From: a virus
Taxonomy: Duplodnaviria; Caudoviricetes
Length of the DNA: 64,000 nucleotides
IMG/VR virus record: IMGVR_UViG_3300024348_000028
Location: 1,844-65,843 of that record
Direction: 5' to 3' (one strand)
Position 1 is the first letter of the stretch. Each line of letters starts with the position of its first letter. A model generated the notes under the pieces. It had not been told where the DNA came from. It ran no database searches and saw nothing but the letters and a program-made list of their open reading frames with translations. Positions 1 to 9,269 of the stretch are shown here, in pieces. The position numbers and the translations under genes were made by a program.

Positions 1-154
1 CATCATAATCAATAAAAGGATATCCATCATTAGAAGTACCTCCTCTATAATAAGCAGAAGGTCCATCAATAATATACTTATTTCTGGCAACCTTCGTAAC
101 TACTCTAGGCTGTCCATACCTTGATATAATTTTAAATGTTTCATTAATTTTCAT
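1..154 (-). CDS. hypothetical protein, runs off the window edge (MKINETFKIISRYGQPRVVTKV...)
   Basis: ATG at 154 overlaps the deaminase stop (ATGA); open frame to position 1. Confidence 0.55.
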   Translation of the reverse strand, partial: MKINETFKIISRYGQPRVVTKVARNKYIIDGPSAYYRGGTSNDGYPFIDYD

Positions 155-504
155 AGTTCAACAAGAATCCCTTCTTCATTAGTATAATAAATTTTATCAA
201 ACATATTAGTACACCAAGGCATACAATACTTGCATGGCCTCGACATTCCAATATGACCAGTCTTACTAAACCTAGTATTAACAAGAATAAGTTTATCCAT
301 ACTACATTGAATTTTTCTTACTGCATCTAACTCAGAGTGAAGATAAGGTAACATATAACCAAGCTCAACAGTCTTTGGATGTGTTTTCCAGTTATTAGTG
401 CCAACAGCAATTACTTTATTTTTTCTAATAACCAAAGAAATATGAGCACGATCTCTTTGAACTGTTTCAGAAATTTTACGAGAGAGTTCTATCCAATGAT
501 TCAT
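151..504 (-). CDS. zinc-dependent cytidine/dCMP deaminase-family protein
   Basis: HSE and PCKYC motifs (HxE...PCxxC); coupled to thyX. Confidence 0.8.
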   Translation of the reverse strand: MNHWIELSRKISETVQRDRAHISLVIRKNKVIAVGTNNWKTHPKTVELGYMLPYLHSELDAVRKIQCSMDKLILVNTRFSKTGHIGMSRPCKYCMPWCTNMFDKIYYTNEEGILVEL

Positions 505-1135
505 TTACTAATGCGCTCCAGCTTATTGGGAATAAATTATTACAAATTGAACCAACAGCTTTAGCATACACTCTCACTTCTGCCTGTGCCGTATCGTGTG
601 ACCGAAGCATAGCCATCCTGAGCCACGCATACAACGAACCTGTCCAGATCCACTCGGTGTACATGGCCTGCGGCAGAACAGCCCGCGCTTGCTCAGGACA
701 CACGCCACGCTCAAGTAGTCTATCGTACATGATCAAGGCAGCCGAACACATGTTTTTATAATCAAGCATTATTGATGGATCAGTAATAACTTCATCAGAT
801 GAACCTTGCTTTTTATTTTCAGCACGCATTCTAAACGCATCTGGAATCCAACAATCTGGAGTAAAGTCAACATAACGACGGCTAATTTCATTCCAAGCAA
901 AACCAACCTGATGCTTTGCTAATTGCCGTGCGATAAAAACAGGAGCCTTAAATCTCATAGAAATACTTGTATGAGAGAAAGGACTCCAATGCTTATGCTT
1001 TGCTAAGAACTTAATAAGTTTATCGTTTTGTTCTGGAGAATAGTTTTCAGCAAGTTTATCAAAAGAAACTCTGGCTGCATTAACAACAGAAGCATCAGTA
1101 CCCATATGATCAATATATTCTACTAACTTATCCAT
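476..1135 (-). CDS. thyX: FAD-dependent thymidylate synthase ThyX
   Basis: VNAARVSF, HWSPF, RQLAKHQVGFAWNEISRRY, EQARAVLP; AAGGAG RBS upstream of ATG 1135. Confidence 0.95.
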   Translation of the reverse strand: MDKLVEYIDHMGTDASVVNAARVSFDKLAENYSPEQNDKLIKFLAKHKHWSPFSHTSISMRFKAPVFIARQLAKHQVGFAWNEISRRYVDFTPDCWIPDAFRMRAENKKQGSSDEVITDPSIMLDYKNMCSAALIMYDRLLERGVCPEQARAVLPQAMYTEWIWTGSLYAWLRMAMLRSHDTAQAEVRVYAKAVGSICNNLFPISWSALVNESLDRTLS

Positions 1136-1153
1136 AATTAAATCTCCTTTTAA

Positions 1154-1236
1154 ATCGTTGGGGTGGATTTGCACCACCATCTTTATACACGCTTGGGGTA
1201 AATGTATACTGTTCTACTAATTTAAACTACCAAAGA
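1154..1236 (-). ncRNA. tRNA-like element (pseudo-tRNA) with enlarged anticodon arm
   Basis: acceptor TCTTTGG/CCAACGA (one mismatch), D-arm GTTT/GAAC, T-arm GGTGG-TGCAAAT-CCACC; no canonical 7-nt anticodon loop. Confidence 0.5.
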
Positions 1237-1239
1237 CAT

Positions 1240-1617
1240 TTACTTGGGTTTATTAACACCAAGTACAAAATAACCATCAGAGCTTTTATCAGCCCATTCT
1301 TTGGTTACATACATGGAAACGATCTGCGAATCGTCTTCCCATAATTTTCCATTCATAACATCAAACACAGCCTTAGTGTAATTATCCAAGTCTGCTCTTG
1401 GATGACTACGCTCTGTTTTCTTTGGCCTCTTTATATAGAGTTCTAGAGTAATAGCTAATGGGCCAGAAAGTAATTCTCTTTCTGTTCCAATTACTTCATA
1501 TACTTTTGAAGCAGCTTGTTCTCTAAATTCTTTATAAGGACCAGAGTAGTAAGCTCCCCACTTACCCACTCTTGGCCTAGAAGCAGCGACTGGTGATATT
1601 TCAAACTTCCATTCCAT
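1240..1617 (-). CDS. rusA: RusA-family Holliday junction resolvase
   Basis: RPR near the N-terminus; DLDNYTKAVFD and WEDDSQIV catalytic motifs. Confidence 0.9.
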   Translation of the reverse strand: MEWKFEISPVAASRPRVGKWGAYYSGPYKEFREQAASKVYEVIGTERELLSGPLAITLELYIKRPKKTERSHPRADLDNYTKAVFDVMNGKLWEDDSQIVSMYVTKEWADKSSDGYFVLGVNKPK

Positions 1618-2147
1618 TAAAACGGAATGTCATCGTCTGTAACTTCTTCTGTCTCTGTAGTTGATGCAGACTTAGTGTTGGTATTAGCACCAACAAAACC
1701 ACCTTCTACTGGTGCAAAACCACTACCAGAACCACCACCAAGGTTATTCTTTTCAATGATTTGAACACCGTTCAGATATAGACTGAGAGAGTTATCACGA
1801 CTCAGAACCATTGGCTGAAGCTTTAAGCGAACCTTATCGCCACCAAAAGCAACAACTTCTGTTTCCTTTGCAAGAGCATCTACACAAGGGAACTTAATCT
1901 TGTCGATGTGATTCTTGCTCTTAAACTTTACATACTTAACGCCATCCTTATCTACCATGCCATTGATCTTCTTTGCTCCACTCTTCTTAAGAATGTCTGC
2001 AAGAGTCTTCTGCAAATCCTTATCAGCAATAACAGTAATATTGTGATTGGCAGAGTTTTCTCCAAAGTTAGTATCTGGCTTAAGTAGATTACTCCACTTA
2101 ACTTCAAGAGTATCAGTTACTAGCGGTGGCAACTTCGTTGACTTCAT
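1617..2147 (-). CDS. T7 gp2.5-like single-stranded DNA-binding protein
   Basis: SLYLNGVQII motif, acidic tail ending DDDIPF, position in replication module. Confidence 0.85.
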   Translation of the reverse strand: MKSTKLPPLVTDTLEVKWSNLLKPDTNFGENSANHNITVIADKDLQKTLADILKKSGAKKINGMVDKDGVKYVKFKSKNHIDKIKFPCVDALAKETEVVAFGGDKVRLKLQPMVLSRDNSLSLYLNGVQIIEKNNLGGGSGSGFAPVEGGFVGANTNTKSASTTETEEVTDDDIPF

Positions 2148-2322
2148 TTGAATTCTCCTTATTTAGATTTGTAGTAGCAGTAGTCTGAGCGGCAATAAGA
2201 CGAGTAACTTGTTCATTAATATTAGTCGTAATTCCAGCTAGAACTGTGCTAATATTTGAAAGATACTCAATTACGCTTACTCCAGTTACAGCTGGACCGT
2301 TATTTGTAGTTTCTGTATTCAT
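2113..2322 (-). CDS. hypothetical protein
   Basis: strong AAGGAGG RBS; ORF packed between neighbours. Confidence 0.6.
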   Translation of the reverse strand: MNTETTNNGPAVTGVSVIEYLSNISTVLAGITTNINEQVTRLIAAQTTATTNLNKENSNEVNEVATASN

Positions 2323-2349
2323 TGTTATACTTCCTCCTTTCTGATAGTA

Positions 2350-2369
2350 CCTATCATTAGCCCCAACTA
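2350..2369 (-). promoter_or_regulatory. candidate phage-RNAP promoter (TAGTTGGGGCTAATGATAGG)
   Basis: near-identical copy at 9270-9290; at a gene boundary upstream of the SSB/RusA/ThyX block. Confidence 0.45.
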
Positions 2370-2690
2370 TCAGGGCCAGTCGTTATAGAAAACCTTACCA
2401 TTTCCGTCCTTGTCAAGAACTTCAACGGCATTGGCCTCGTATGCAGATAATAGACGAAGACCAAGTTCAGACATATCAAGGTCTTTCCATTTGCTTTTAA
2501 TACATTGTTCAATATTATGCTTCCTCCAACTTTCATCAGTAACAAGACCATCAACGGTTGGATAAAGATCATTTTCACTAAATGGTTGAGTTAGTGGAAG
2601 CCACATTCTAACAGTAAACTTAGGAGTAACAAACTTAAACATTTCTTCAGTAAGCACAGCAAACTTCTTTTGTTCCATATTATACCTCAC
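2370..2690 (-). CDS. hypothetical protein
   Basis: ORF tiling between neighbours. Confidence 0.6.
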   Translation of the reverse strand: MRYNMEQKKFAVLTEEMFKFVTPKFTVRMWLPLTQPFSENDLYPTVDGLVTDESWRKHNIEQCIKSKWKDLDMSELGLRLLSAYEANAVEVLDKDGNGKVFYNDWP

Positions 2691-3346
2691 ATATTCATAA
2701 GTTCAAGATAAGGATGACCATCAATTACAACGCCACAAGAGATGACTGGCTTCTTAATTAGGTTTTTACCATAAGCCATTTCATATCTATCCTTGTCTAC
2801 ACCGCACCCAACATCCATGCCAAAGATCCTACGATCAGGGCCACAAATCCAATTGATGCCAGCAATAGAATGGTGATGTCCCATGACAATGGGGAATGCT
2901 GACATCTTAGCCGTATTAAAAGCTGGATATTGAGAAGAAGACCCAGTACCGTGTTGATAGCGAACGCCGTCAATAATATGAGCATACATCCACTCCCATT
3001 TAGTTGTTGTGTAAACTCCATTATAGTCTTTCAGATAAAAATCTGGAATACCCATATTTGAAGCTAATCTATAAACTCTTTCGTCGTGATTACCAATACA
3101 AACCTTTAACTCTGGAAACTCTTTTTCCCATTGCTTAATACAAATTGAAGCCTTCTTATATTCAGTAACAGCACCCTCGTTTTCAGGATGCTTTGCATGA
3201 AACGAAATACAATGGTGATCAACAACATCACCCATATGAACTACTTCATTACACTTGTACTTATCACGAATCTTTTTAACAAATGTAAAATAATTCTTGT
3301 GAACCGCAGGAAAATGCGTGTCACCTATAACTAAAACTCTAGACAT
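2687..3346 (-). CDS. calcineurin-like metallophosphoesterase
   Basis: GDTH, GDVVD, GNHD, HG and GHHH motifs. Confidence 0.9.
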   Translation of the reverse strand: MSRVLVIGDTHFPAVHKNYFTFVKKIRDKYKCNEVVHMGDVVDHHCISFHAKHPENEGAVTEYKKASICIKQWEKEFPELKVCIGNHDERVYRLASNMGIPDFYLKDYNGVYTTTKWEWMYAHIIDGVRYQHGTGSSSQYPAFNTAKMSAFPIVMGHHHSIAGINWICGPDRRIFGMDVGCGVDKDRYEMAYGKNLIKKPVISCGVVIDGHPYLELMNM

Positions 3347-3348
3347 TA

Positions 3349-3591
3349 TTAATCCTCATTTATATAGATGTTTATGTTCATATCAGTTTGTTCTGGAACA
3401 TTTTTTAACATCATTTCACTATGACAGTTATCTAAAAATATAGCTGAAAATCTACCAGTTGGAAACCACAGGTTTATGGTTTTTTTGAGTTGGTCAGACA
3501 AAGCCAAATCAACCACACGCTTAACAGCATCTTCCATGTCACCTTCATTTTGTACCTTTATAATCTTTCTTTTCTTTTTCTTTTTTGACAT
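3349..3591 (-). CDS. hypothetical protein
   Basis: AAGGA RBS immediately after the RNAP stop. Confidence 0.55.
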   Translation of the reverse strand: MSKKKKKRKIIKVQNEGDMEDAVKRVVDLALSDQLKKTINLWFPTGRFSAIFLDNCHSEMMLKNVPEQTDMNINIYINED

Positions 3592-3599
3592 ATAATTCC

Positions 3600-6095
3600 T
3601 TAATGAAAGAAATACTCTGCTTCAAGAACAGAAGAAATATTTAAAGATCCAATTGCAGGTGTGCTTGGAAGTTCAACTCCTAATGAATTCTCAATTTCTA
3701 ACTTTAGTTTTTCAAGCAAGGGTTCTTTATGCATAGTATAAAATTCTTCTCTTGTATACTGACGCATCAATGGAACATATGGAGCAGCACACCCATATGA
3801 ATCATGGACAAAACTAAAATTAGTAATACCAGCCGTAAGCATTTTATCCATAGTCATCCACATATGACTTGCATCAAGACTGTGGATATAATTTGGACTT
3901 ACTGCCAAGTTAACTTGAGTATCATCAATCTGACTTGAATCTGTAGAACCAAAATGAAGTTCTTTCATATTGAACAATTTTGCAATTGATCTCCTTGTTA
4001 GAATTTCATAATACTGATGGACAACTTTAAAACCACATGGAGTAGTCCACTCAAGATTCTTACCCATATTGCTTGCTATATCAGCAATTTGCTTTAGCCA
4101 TACCTTACCATAATTTGCATTAGTTAAAGTATTTTTTAAGCACTTGTCAATATAAGTAGCCAGCTCCATAACTGCACCAGCAATACGATCTTTGTTAACC
4201 CAATCTAAATGTCCTTCAGTCTTACAGTATCTTCGAATACCGTAGAATGTAACACCATATGGATCTGTCATAACAGCTCTCTTGCATACTGATCTTGGAA
4301 TTTTGTTATCCCAATGATTTAAAAATAACTGTGCCCAATCCTTCGTATCTGGATCTGCATTGTCATCTTTAGAATCCTTTGACATTGAATTAGTCATAGA
4401 ATCAGCAACAAAACCATATAAATCCTGTGGATCTTTATGTCCAGTAAGATTTACTTTATAAGCAAGATCAACATCACGCATAATAGCAGCCCAATGTTGA
4501 ACACCATTACATGAACCATCAATTTGAATTGGTAGTTGAGTAAAACCATCTGTTCTACAAAGTTCAAAGATTGCAGCTAGTCTTTGAAAACTAGGGTTCT
4601 TTTTCTTTTTGTCACTAACCCAAAACCATCGTGTTTCAAATGGATCTTTTGCAGTATCTTGAATAAGATCAAGATTATCATCAACCCATTTAATACGATC
4701 TGCAAATGGTAACTTATCTTGATCAAACAAATTAGCAAGATGAACCTTTAACCAGTATCTACCGTTTTCAGTTTGCTTTATTGGTTTAGCAAAGTGAATT
4801 AAACTACGATCAAAATCTGAACTCTGTGGTGACAATAAATCACAAGCAGTATAAGCACGACCTCTAAAGTCACAGGTATAGATGTGATAAAAGAAACCCC
4901 ACTTCATCAAATCATTTGCAACCTTAAGCCTCACCAACATACGACCACGGGATCGTTCTTCTTTATACCAAGAAGACCAAGACTCTTCTTTACGCTGACA
5001 CCACTTAGCCTTTTCTTCTTTTGTTCCAGTTTCAGGATAATCCTCACCAAAATCAAAAGCATCAAAGTTATACGCTGGAAGATTAGCTTCCCTTGTATTA
5101 TTGTGGAACATTGCATTCATTACTGCATAGACTTTATAATTAATAGCCCACTCAGTATGCATCAATGCGTTCAATCCACGAACAACCATTTCACTAGGAG
5201 TGGAGTTTTTTTGAACTACAGTCTCATCCCAATGAACATCTCTAAACTTCTGAACAACTGGTTTACGAATCCAAGGCATTAAGTTACCACCAGATGAAGT
5301 AACAGTATGTTCAGCAGGAGGAACAATCATAGGACGATACAATAGACTTGCTCTTGAGATCAAATCCTTGTGTCTATTATGAAGTTCCTGAAGAAGTTCA
5401 TCAGTAAAACTTACAACAACTCTTTCATACCAACGATTACCAATACGCTTTCTAAAGTTTCTGATGATAATGATATTACTCATCTCAGCAATGCGAAGCA
5501 TATGATGACCAAAATCTTCGCGTTGCTTTCTAGTAAATTGCTTTTTGTTGATGCAATTCATTTTACCAGAAAAAGCACGGCATCGCTTAACAGTCCAATT
5601 CTTTTGGTAATGAGACTGCTTTAACCAATCATCTCTAAAATCTTTCTTAGCTGCTTGATATGAAACAATATCAATAGCCATGTTAGAAATCTGATGTGCC
5701 ATATGCTGTGCAGATGGTAAAGGTAGGCTATGAATATCTCCATCCTTACCATCCATTTTACGATCCCAAGTATTTGAGTTAAACCACTCAAGCATTAAAC
5801 ATCGGATAGTAATGTCAGCCATCTTACCAGCACCAACAGCAAACAAAGGATATGCCCAATCAGGAGTCTTACGATTCTTTGAAACCATATCAATCCACTC
5901 TTGATAGAATGGAGTGAGATGAATAACACAACTATCTAATAGACCCTGTTCAGGATATCCTTCGTCAGGCGATCTGTTATACTCTTCCCAATATCTATTG
6001 TTGGAAAGATTTAACATTTCTTCTTCAAGCATTGCTTGATAGTTTTTTCTACTCTCCTGAACTTCTGGCTTTAGTAAATCCCATAACTCAGGCAT
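3600..6095 (-). CDS. T7-like single-subunit DNA-directed RNA polymerase
   Basis: DFRGRAY, motif A IDGSCNGVQH, motif B RSVCKRAVMTDPYG, PNYIHSLDASH, motif C VHDSY; AGGAGG RBS. Confidence 0.97.
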   Translation of the reverse strand: MPELWDLLKPEVQESRKNYQAMLEEEMLNLSNNRYWEEYNRSPDEGYPEQGLLDSCVIHLTPFYQEWIDMVSKNRKTPDWAYPLFAVGAGKMADITIRCLMLEWFNSNTWDRKMDGKDGDIHSLPLPSAQHMAHQISNMAIDIVSYQAAKKDFRDDWLKQSHYQKNWTVKRCRAFSGKMNCINKKQFTRKQREDFGHHMLRIAEMSNIIIIRNFRKRIGNRWYERVVVSFTDELLQELHNRHKDLISRASLLYRPMIVPPAEHTVTSSGGNLMPWIRKPVVQKFRDVHWDETVVQKNSTPSEMVVRGLNALMHTEWAINYKVYAVMNAMFHNNTREANLPAYNFDAFDFGEDYPETGTKEEKAKWCQRKEESWSSWYKEERSRGRMLVRLKVANDLMKWGFFYHIYTCDFRGRAYTACDLLSPQSSDFDRSLIHFAKPIKQTENGRYWLKVHLANLFDQDKLPFADRIKWVDDNLDLIQDTAKDPFETRWFWVSDKKKKNPSFQRLAAIFELCRTDGFTQLPIQIDGSCNGVQHWAAIMRDVDLAYKVNLTGHKDPQDLYGFVADSMTNSMSKDSKDDNADPDTKDWAQLFLNHWDNKIPRSVCKRAVMTDPYGVTFYGIRRYCKTEGHLDWVNKDRIAGAVMELATYIDKCLKNTLTNANYGKVWLKQIADIASNMGKNLEWTTPCGFKVVHQYYEILTRRSIAKLFNMKELHFGSTDSSQIDDTQVNLAVSPNYIHSLDASHMWMTMDKMLTAGITNFSFVHDSYGCAAPYVPLMRQYTREEFYTMHKEPLLEKLKLEIENSLGVELPSTPAIGSLNISSVLEAEYFFH

Positions 6096-6107
6096 AGCAA
6101 CCTCCTA

Positions 6108-6497
6108 TCAAAGAATTTCAATATGCTTTTTGATAAATTTAGCAATATCCTTAAAAGTATACTGCTTATCATAATCTCCATCATTCAAACCAGACAGATT
6201 AATACCGTCAACCCAACCCTTATTGCTTGACATTCCAGCCCACTCTTTAACAACAACAGGAAGATAGTCAGTTTGATTACCGTATTGAAAGCAAGCAAAG
6301 TTTTTGTTTCCATTATATTTTGGATTAGTAATCTTGATAGACTTCTTTTTCTTTTGCTTACGATCCTTGTCATATAAATCACAAAGAACTCCAAGACAAC
6401 AGAAACAATCATTATCATTTCTAAGGGCACACTTACCCTGCTTATAGTCACCAGATTCAAGAGCCTTAATCCACATATTTGCAATCTTTTTATCCAT
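6108..6497 (-). CDS. conserved phage hypothetical protein
   Basis: W..ALESG.YKQG and CCLGVLCD pattern seen in small phage proteins. Confidence 0.7.
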   Translation of the reverse strand: MDKKIANMWIKALESGDYKQGKCALRNDNDCFCCLGVLCDLYDKDRKQKKKKSIKITNPKYNGNKNFACFQYGNQTDYLPVVVKEWAGMSSNKGWVDGINLSGLNDGDYDKQYTFKDIAKFIKKHIEIL

Positions 6498-6551
6498 ATA
6501 TCACCTTCATAATGCGTTATAGGTATGCGCATCCCACCATCAAATTAATGA

Positions 6552-7559
6552 TTAGACAAGAGTGAGAGCGTGACGGAAAACCTTCATAGTATCATCCTGA
6601 GTAAGTCCTGCAAGGTTATCCCATGCACGATTCTCAGGCTTTGCCACGCGACCTCTAGCAGCAGTACGATGCTGTATAAACTTGCTAACAGCATTAGCAG
6701 CCATCCAGATACTAGCTCTACTCTTAGTCTCATCCCTTTCACGGTCAAAGGTTTCAGACCAATTAGACACAGCCTTTAGAGCATTGTCGTAATTATTCTG
6801 TTCATGTCCATTGCTTGGATTAGAAACAATAGGAGCCTCAATCATACCCCAAACATCCATCCAGAACTTCTGAATATCATTCTTGGTAAGTTCACGGCTT
6901 GCAAGAGTATTAACAGTCTCACGGAAGAACTTACCACTAGACTTGAATTCACGAAGTGCTTCACGCATTGCATCCTTCTTGTCTTCCATAGTAGAACCCT
7001 TGTGAGTAATTCTAAACATATTCTTTCCACGGCGAGCCTTGGCAATTGCCATGCTAAGAGTATTCTGACAAACAATACGAACACTTGTTGGCAAGGCAGA
7101 GAAAGCAATACTACCATCATGGCTATTGATTAGACCCATGTATTCCGTAACAGTATCGCCACTAGAGCCAGCAACATCAAAGGTATCACCACGAAGAAGA
7201 AGAACAACCTTGCGACCATTCTTAAGACTAAGCGCAGACTCAACCTTAACATCATTACTAAGTTCATAAGCCATCTCAAAGTGTTCCTTGTTCTGAATCA
7301 CCTGATAATCAGCTGACTGAACACTAAGAATTTCTTTCGTGTCTTCACGAATAAGAGCAGCGTAATCAGTACTAAACACATCATCACAGTCAGGAATACT
7401 AGCCTTAATGAAAGAAGACTTGTAAACATTCCAGTCAAGACCAGCAGCACTAAGTGCATCATTTGGCGACATATCAGAATCAACAACAGTACCAAGACGA
7501 TGCCAAGCAGCAACGCGGTTAAACACAGCAGTATCCTTTTCCATAATCTCGTGAGCCAT
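6552..7559 (-). CDS. DUF932 (LGT_TIGR03299-like) phage/plasmid protein
   Basis: MAHEI, AWHRLG, AGLDW, INSHDGS, RIVCQNTL. Confidence 0.9.
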   Translation of the reverse strand: MAHEIMEKDTAVFNRVAAWHRLGTVVDSDMSPNDALSAAGLDWNVYKSSFIKASIPDCDDVFSTDYAALIREDTKEILSVQSADYQVIQNKEHFEMAYELSNDVKVESALSLKNGRKVVLLLRGDTFDVAGSSGDTVTEYMGLINSHDGSIAFSALPTSVRIVCQNTLSMAIAKARRGKNMFRITHKGSTMEDKKDAMREALREFKSSGKFFRETVNTLASRELTKNDIQKFWMDVWGMIEAPIVSNPSNGHEQNNYDNALKAVSNWSETFDRERDETKSRASIWMAANAVSKFIQHRTAARGRVAKPENRAWDNLAGLTQDDTMKVFRHALTLV

Positions 7560-7738
7560 TATAGCACACCTTTCTGCATCAACAGATGCTAATTAGTAAT
7601 CAGAACGATCACGAACTTTGAAATCTTCTTTAATACGATCTCTTTTTTGTTTGCCCCAACCTTTATTTTGTTCTTTCTTTTTATATTTATATCTGTCTTT
7701 ATCTTTGTTTCTACTTTGTTTCATATAAACTCCAATAG

Positions 7739-7811
7739 TGAGGCTACGGAGATTCGAACTCCGGTCAAGAGGATGAAAGCCTCCTATCCTAGACCACTAG
7801 ACGATAGCCCC
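7739..7811 (-). tRNA. tRNA-Glu(TTC)
   Basis: cloverleaf GGGGCTA...TAGCCTC, anticodon loop CT-TTC-AT, T-loop TTCGAAT. Confidence 0.9.
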
Positions 7812-7815
7812 AACA

Positions 7816-7888
7816 TGACCAAGGTGGGATTCGAACCCACACTACAAACATTTTAAGTGTCTTGACTCTGCCGTTGGTCTACTTGGCC
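7816..7888 (-). tRNA. tRNA-Leu(TAA), short variable loop
   Basis: GGCCAAG/CTTGGTC acceptor, AGACA-CTTAAAA-TGTTT anticodon arm, GTGGG-TTCGAAT-CCCAC T-arm. Confidence 0.85.
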
Positions 7889-7895
7889 GCAGTAT

Positions 7896-8075
7896 TTAAA
7901 TCTTACCATCAAACAAATCATCAAGCTTCTTAATAATTTTATCTTGTTTTTTTGCAGTAGTTTTCTTTTTATTCTTTTTCTTACCAAAAATTTCTTCGTA
8001 ATTCTTATCGTACTGCTCTTTGTTAATAGGACGATATCGACTACCTTTACCACCCTGCCATTGTCCACTACCCAT
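7896..8075 (-). CDS. small basic hypothetical protein (MGSGQWQGGKGSRYRP...)
   Basis: AAGGAG RBS; GKGS..RP....Y..NYE.IF pattern common in phages. Confidence 0.6.
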   Translation of the reverse strand: MGSGQWQGGKGSRYRPINKEQYDKNYEEIFGKKKNKKKTTAKKQDKIIKKLDDLFDGKI

Positions 8076-8102
8076 TATATCACATCTCCTTGCGCTTGTC
8101 AA
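8074..8102 (-). promoter_or_regulatory. consensus sigma70 promoter with extended -10
   Basis: TTGACA-17 nt-TATAAT with TG upstream of the -10; points toward two tRNAs, DUF932 and the RNAP gene. Confidence 0.85.
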
Positions 8103-8247
8103 GCTTCTTTACTTCGTAATTATCTGGATGAACAGTATGACTTCTACGCCACTTATCGGCCTCTTTATCAGATTCCCAATAAGCAATGTCGTTTTTATTT
8201 TCCATCATCCAATCTTTTAAATTTTTACACCATAGACCATATTTCAT
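8080..8247 (-). CDS. small hypothetical protein (55 aa, MKYGLWCKNLKDW...)
   Basis: manual translation; fills the gap after tRNA-Arg. Confidence 0.5.
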   Translation of the reverse strand: MKYGLWCKNLKDWMMENKNDIAYWESDKEADKWRRSHTVHPDNYEVKKLDKRKEM

Positions 8248-8251
8248 AAAG

Positions 8252-8325
8252 CGTTCCTGAATGGAATCGAACCATTAGCCTTAGCATTAGAAGTGCCACG
8301 CTCTATCCAATTGAGCTACAGGAAC
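8252..8325 (-). tRNA. tRNA-Arg(TCT)
   Basis: GTTCCTG/CAGGAAC acceptor, TAGCTCAATTGGATAGAGC D-arm, CT-TCT-AA loop. Confidence 0.92.
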
Positions 8326-8332
8326 ACATAAA

Positions 8333-8728
8333 TCAATTACCCTTGTATGGAGGAGTAGACTGAACAAAACCATTCAACTCCTTCATAACGGATTGATAAA
8401 TTGTAGTCACAGCATTGCAAAGACGCTCATCAATAGTAGACTTAATCAGATCATTAATATAACGCATATCGTTACTATTAATAGGACTATTGTTCTGCTT
8501 AAGTTCTTCAAGCTTATCACCAACAACATCGTTAACCATAGTCTCGACTTCAGAAAGAATATCTTCCTTCATGTCTGAGATATTAGAATCACACATCTGC
8601 TCAGTCTCATAACGAATGTTATCAATCTCATCCTTAAAATCACTACGCTCGGTTTCAATCTTTTCATCAATAAGATCACCGACAGTATCCTTAATCAGTT
8701 CATCAAGCTGTTCTGCAAAAGTACTCAT
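8333..8728 (-). CDS. acidic helical hypothetical protein
   Basis: 131-aa ORF with AAGGA RBS. Confidence 0.65.
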   Translation of the reverse strand: MSTFAEQLDELIKDTVGDLIDEKIETERSDFKDEIDNIRYETEQMCDSNISDMKEDILSEVETMVNDVVGDKLEELKQNNSPINSNDMRYINDLIKSTIDERLCNAVTTIYQSVMKELNGFVQSTPPYKGN

Positions 8729-8769
8729 TACACTTTCCTTTCAAATAGAATTAAATAACGAAACAATAG

Positions 8770-8843
8770 TAGGGGTGGTGGGACTCGAACCCACATGTAC
8801 GCGATTATAAGTCACGGCCTTCCTCCAGTTCAGGCACACCCCA
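8770..8843 (-). tRNA. tRNA-Ile(TAT)
   Basis: CGTGA-CTTATAA-TCGCG anticodon arm, GTGGG-TTCGAGT-CCCAC T-arm; T1:T72 mismatch. Confidence 0.75.
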
Positions 8844-8848
8844 GTAAA

Positions 8849-9181
8849 TCAAGGCTCTCTAGCATTATCTTTAGCGTACTTGTGACATGCTTCGGAAATG
8901 TTGATAGCGAACGCCGAATCAAAGGATTCTATTGGCTTGACTATTGCATTTTCATCAGCATCGTATTCAATAATAGACACATCTGATACATCAACATCAC
9001 CAAGTTCCCATTCCCAATCTTCATGGACACCTGTAGCACCATAGTAATCATACCAACCAATACCATTATCTACATGATACCAGAATTCAAGGGATCTAAA
9101 GTTAACTAAGTAATCAACACAATTAATATTAATATTGATTTCTTCATAGTCTCTAAATAACTCTTTCATAAGATTCTCCAT
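8849..9181 (-). CDS. acidic hypothetical protein
   Basis: ORF filling the space between two tRNAs. Confidence 0.6.
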   Translation of the reverse strand: MENLMKELFRDYEEINININCVDYLVNFRSLEFWYHVDNGIGWYDYYGATGVHEDWEWELGDVDVSDVSIIEYDADENAIVKPIESFDSAFAINISEACHKYAKDNAREP

Positions 9182-9184
9182 AAG

Positions 9185-9257
9185 TGCCCCCTGTAGGGAT
9201 CGAACCTACGACCTATTGATTAAAAGTCAACTGCTCTACCAACTGAGCTAAGAGGGC
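9185..9257 (-). tRNA. tRNA-Lys(TTT)
   Basis: GCCCTCT/AGGGGGC acceptor, TAGCTCAGTTGGTAGAGC, GTTGA-CTTTTAA-TCAAT. Confidence 0.95.
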
Positions 9258-9269
9258 GAGTATTGTGGT

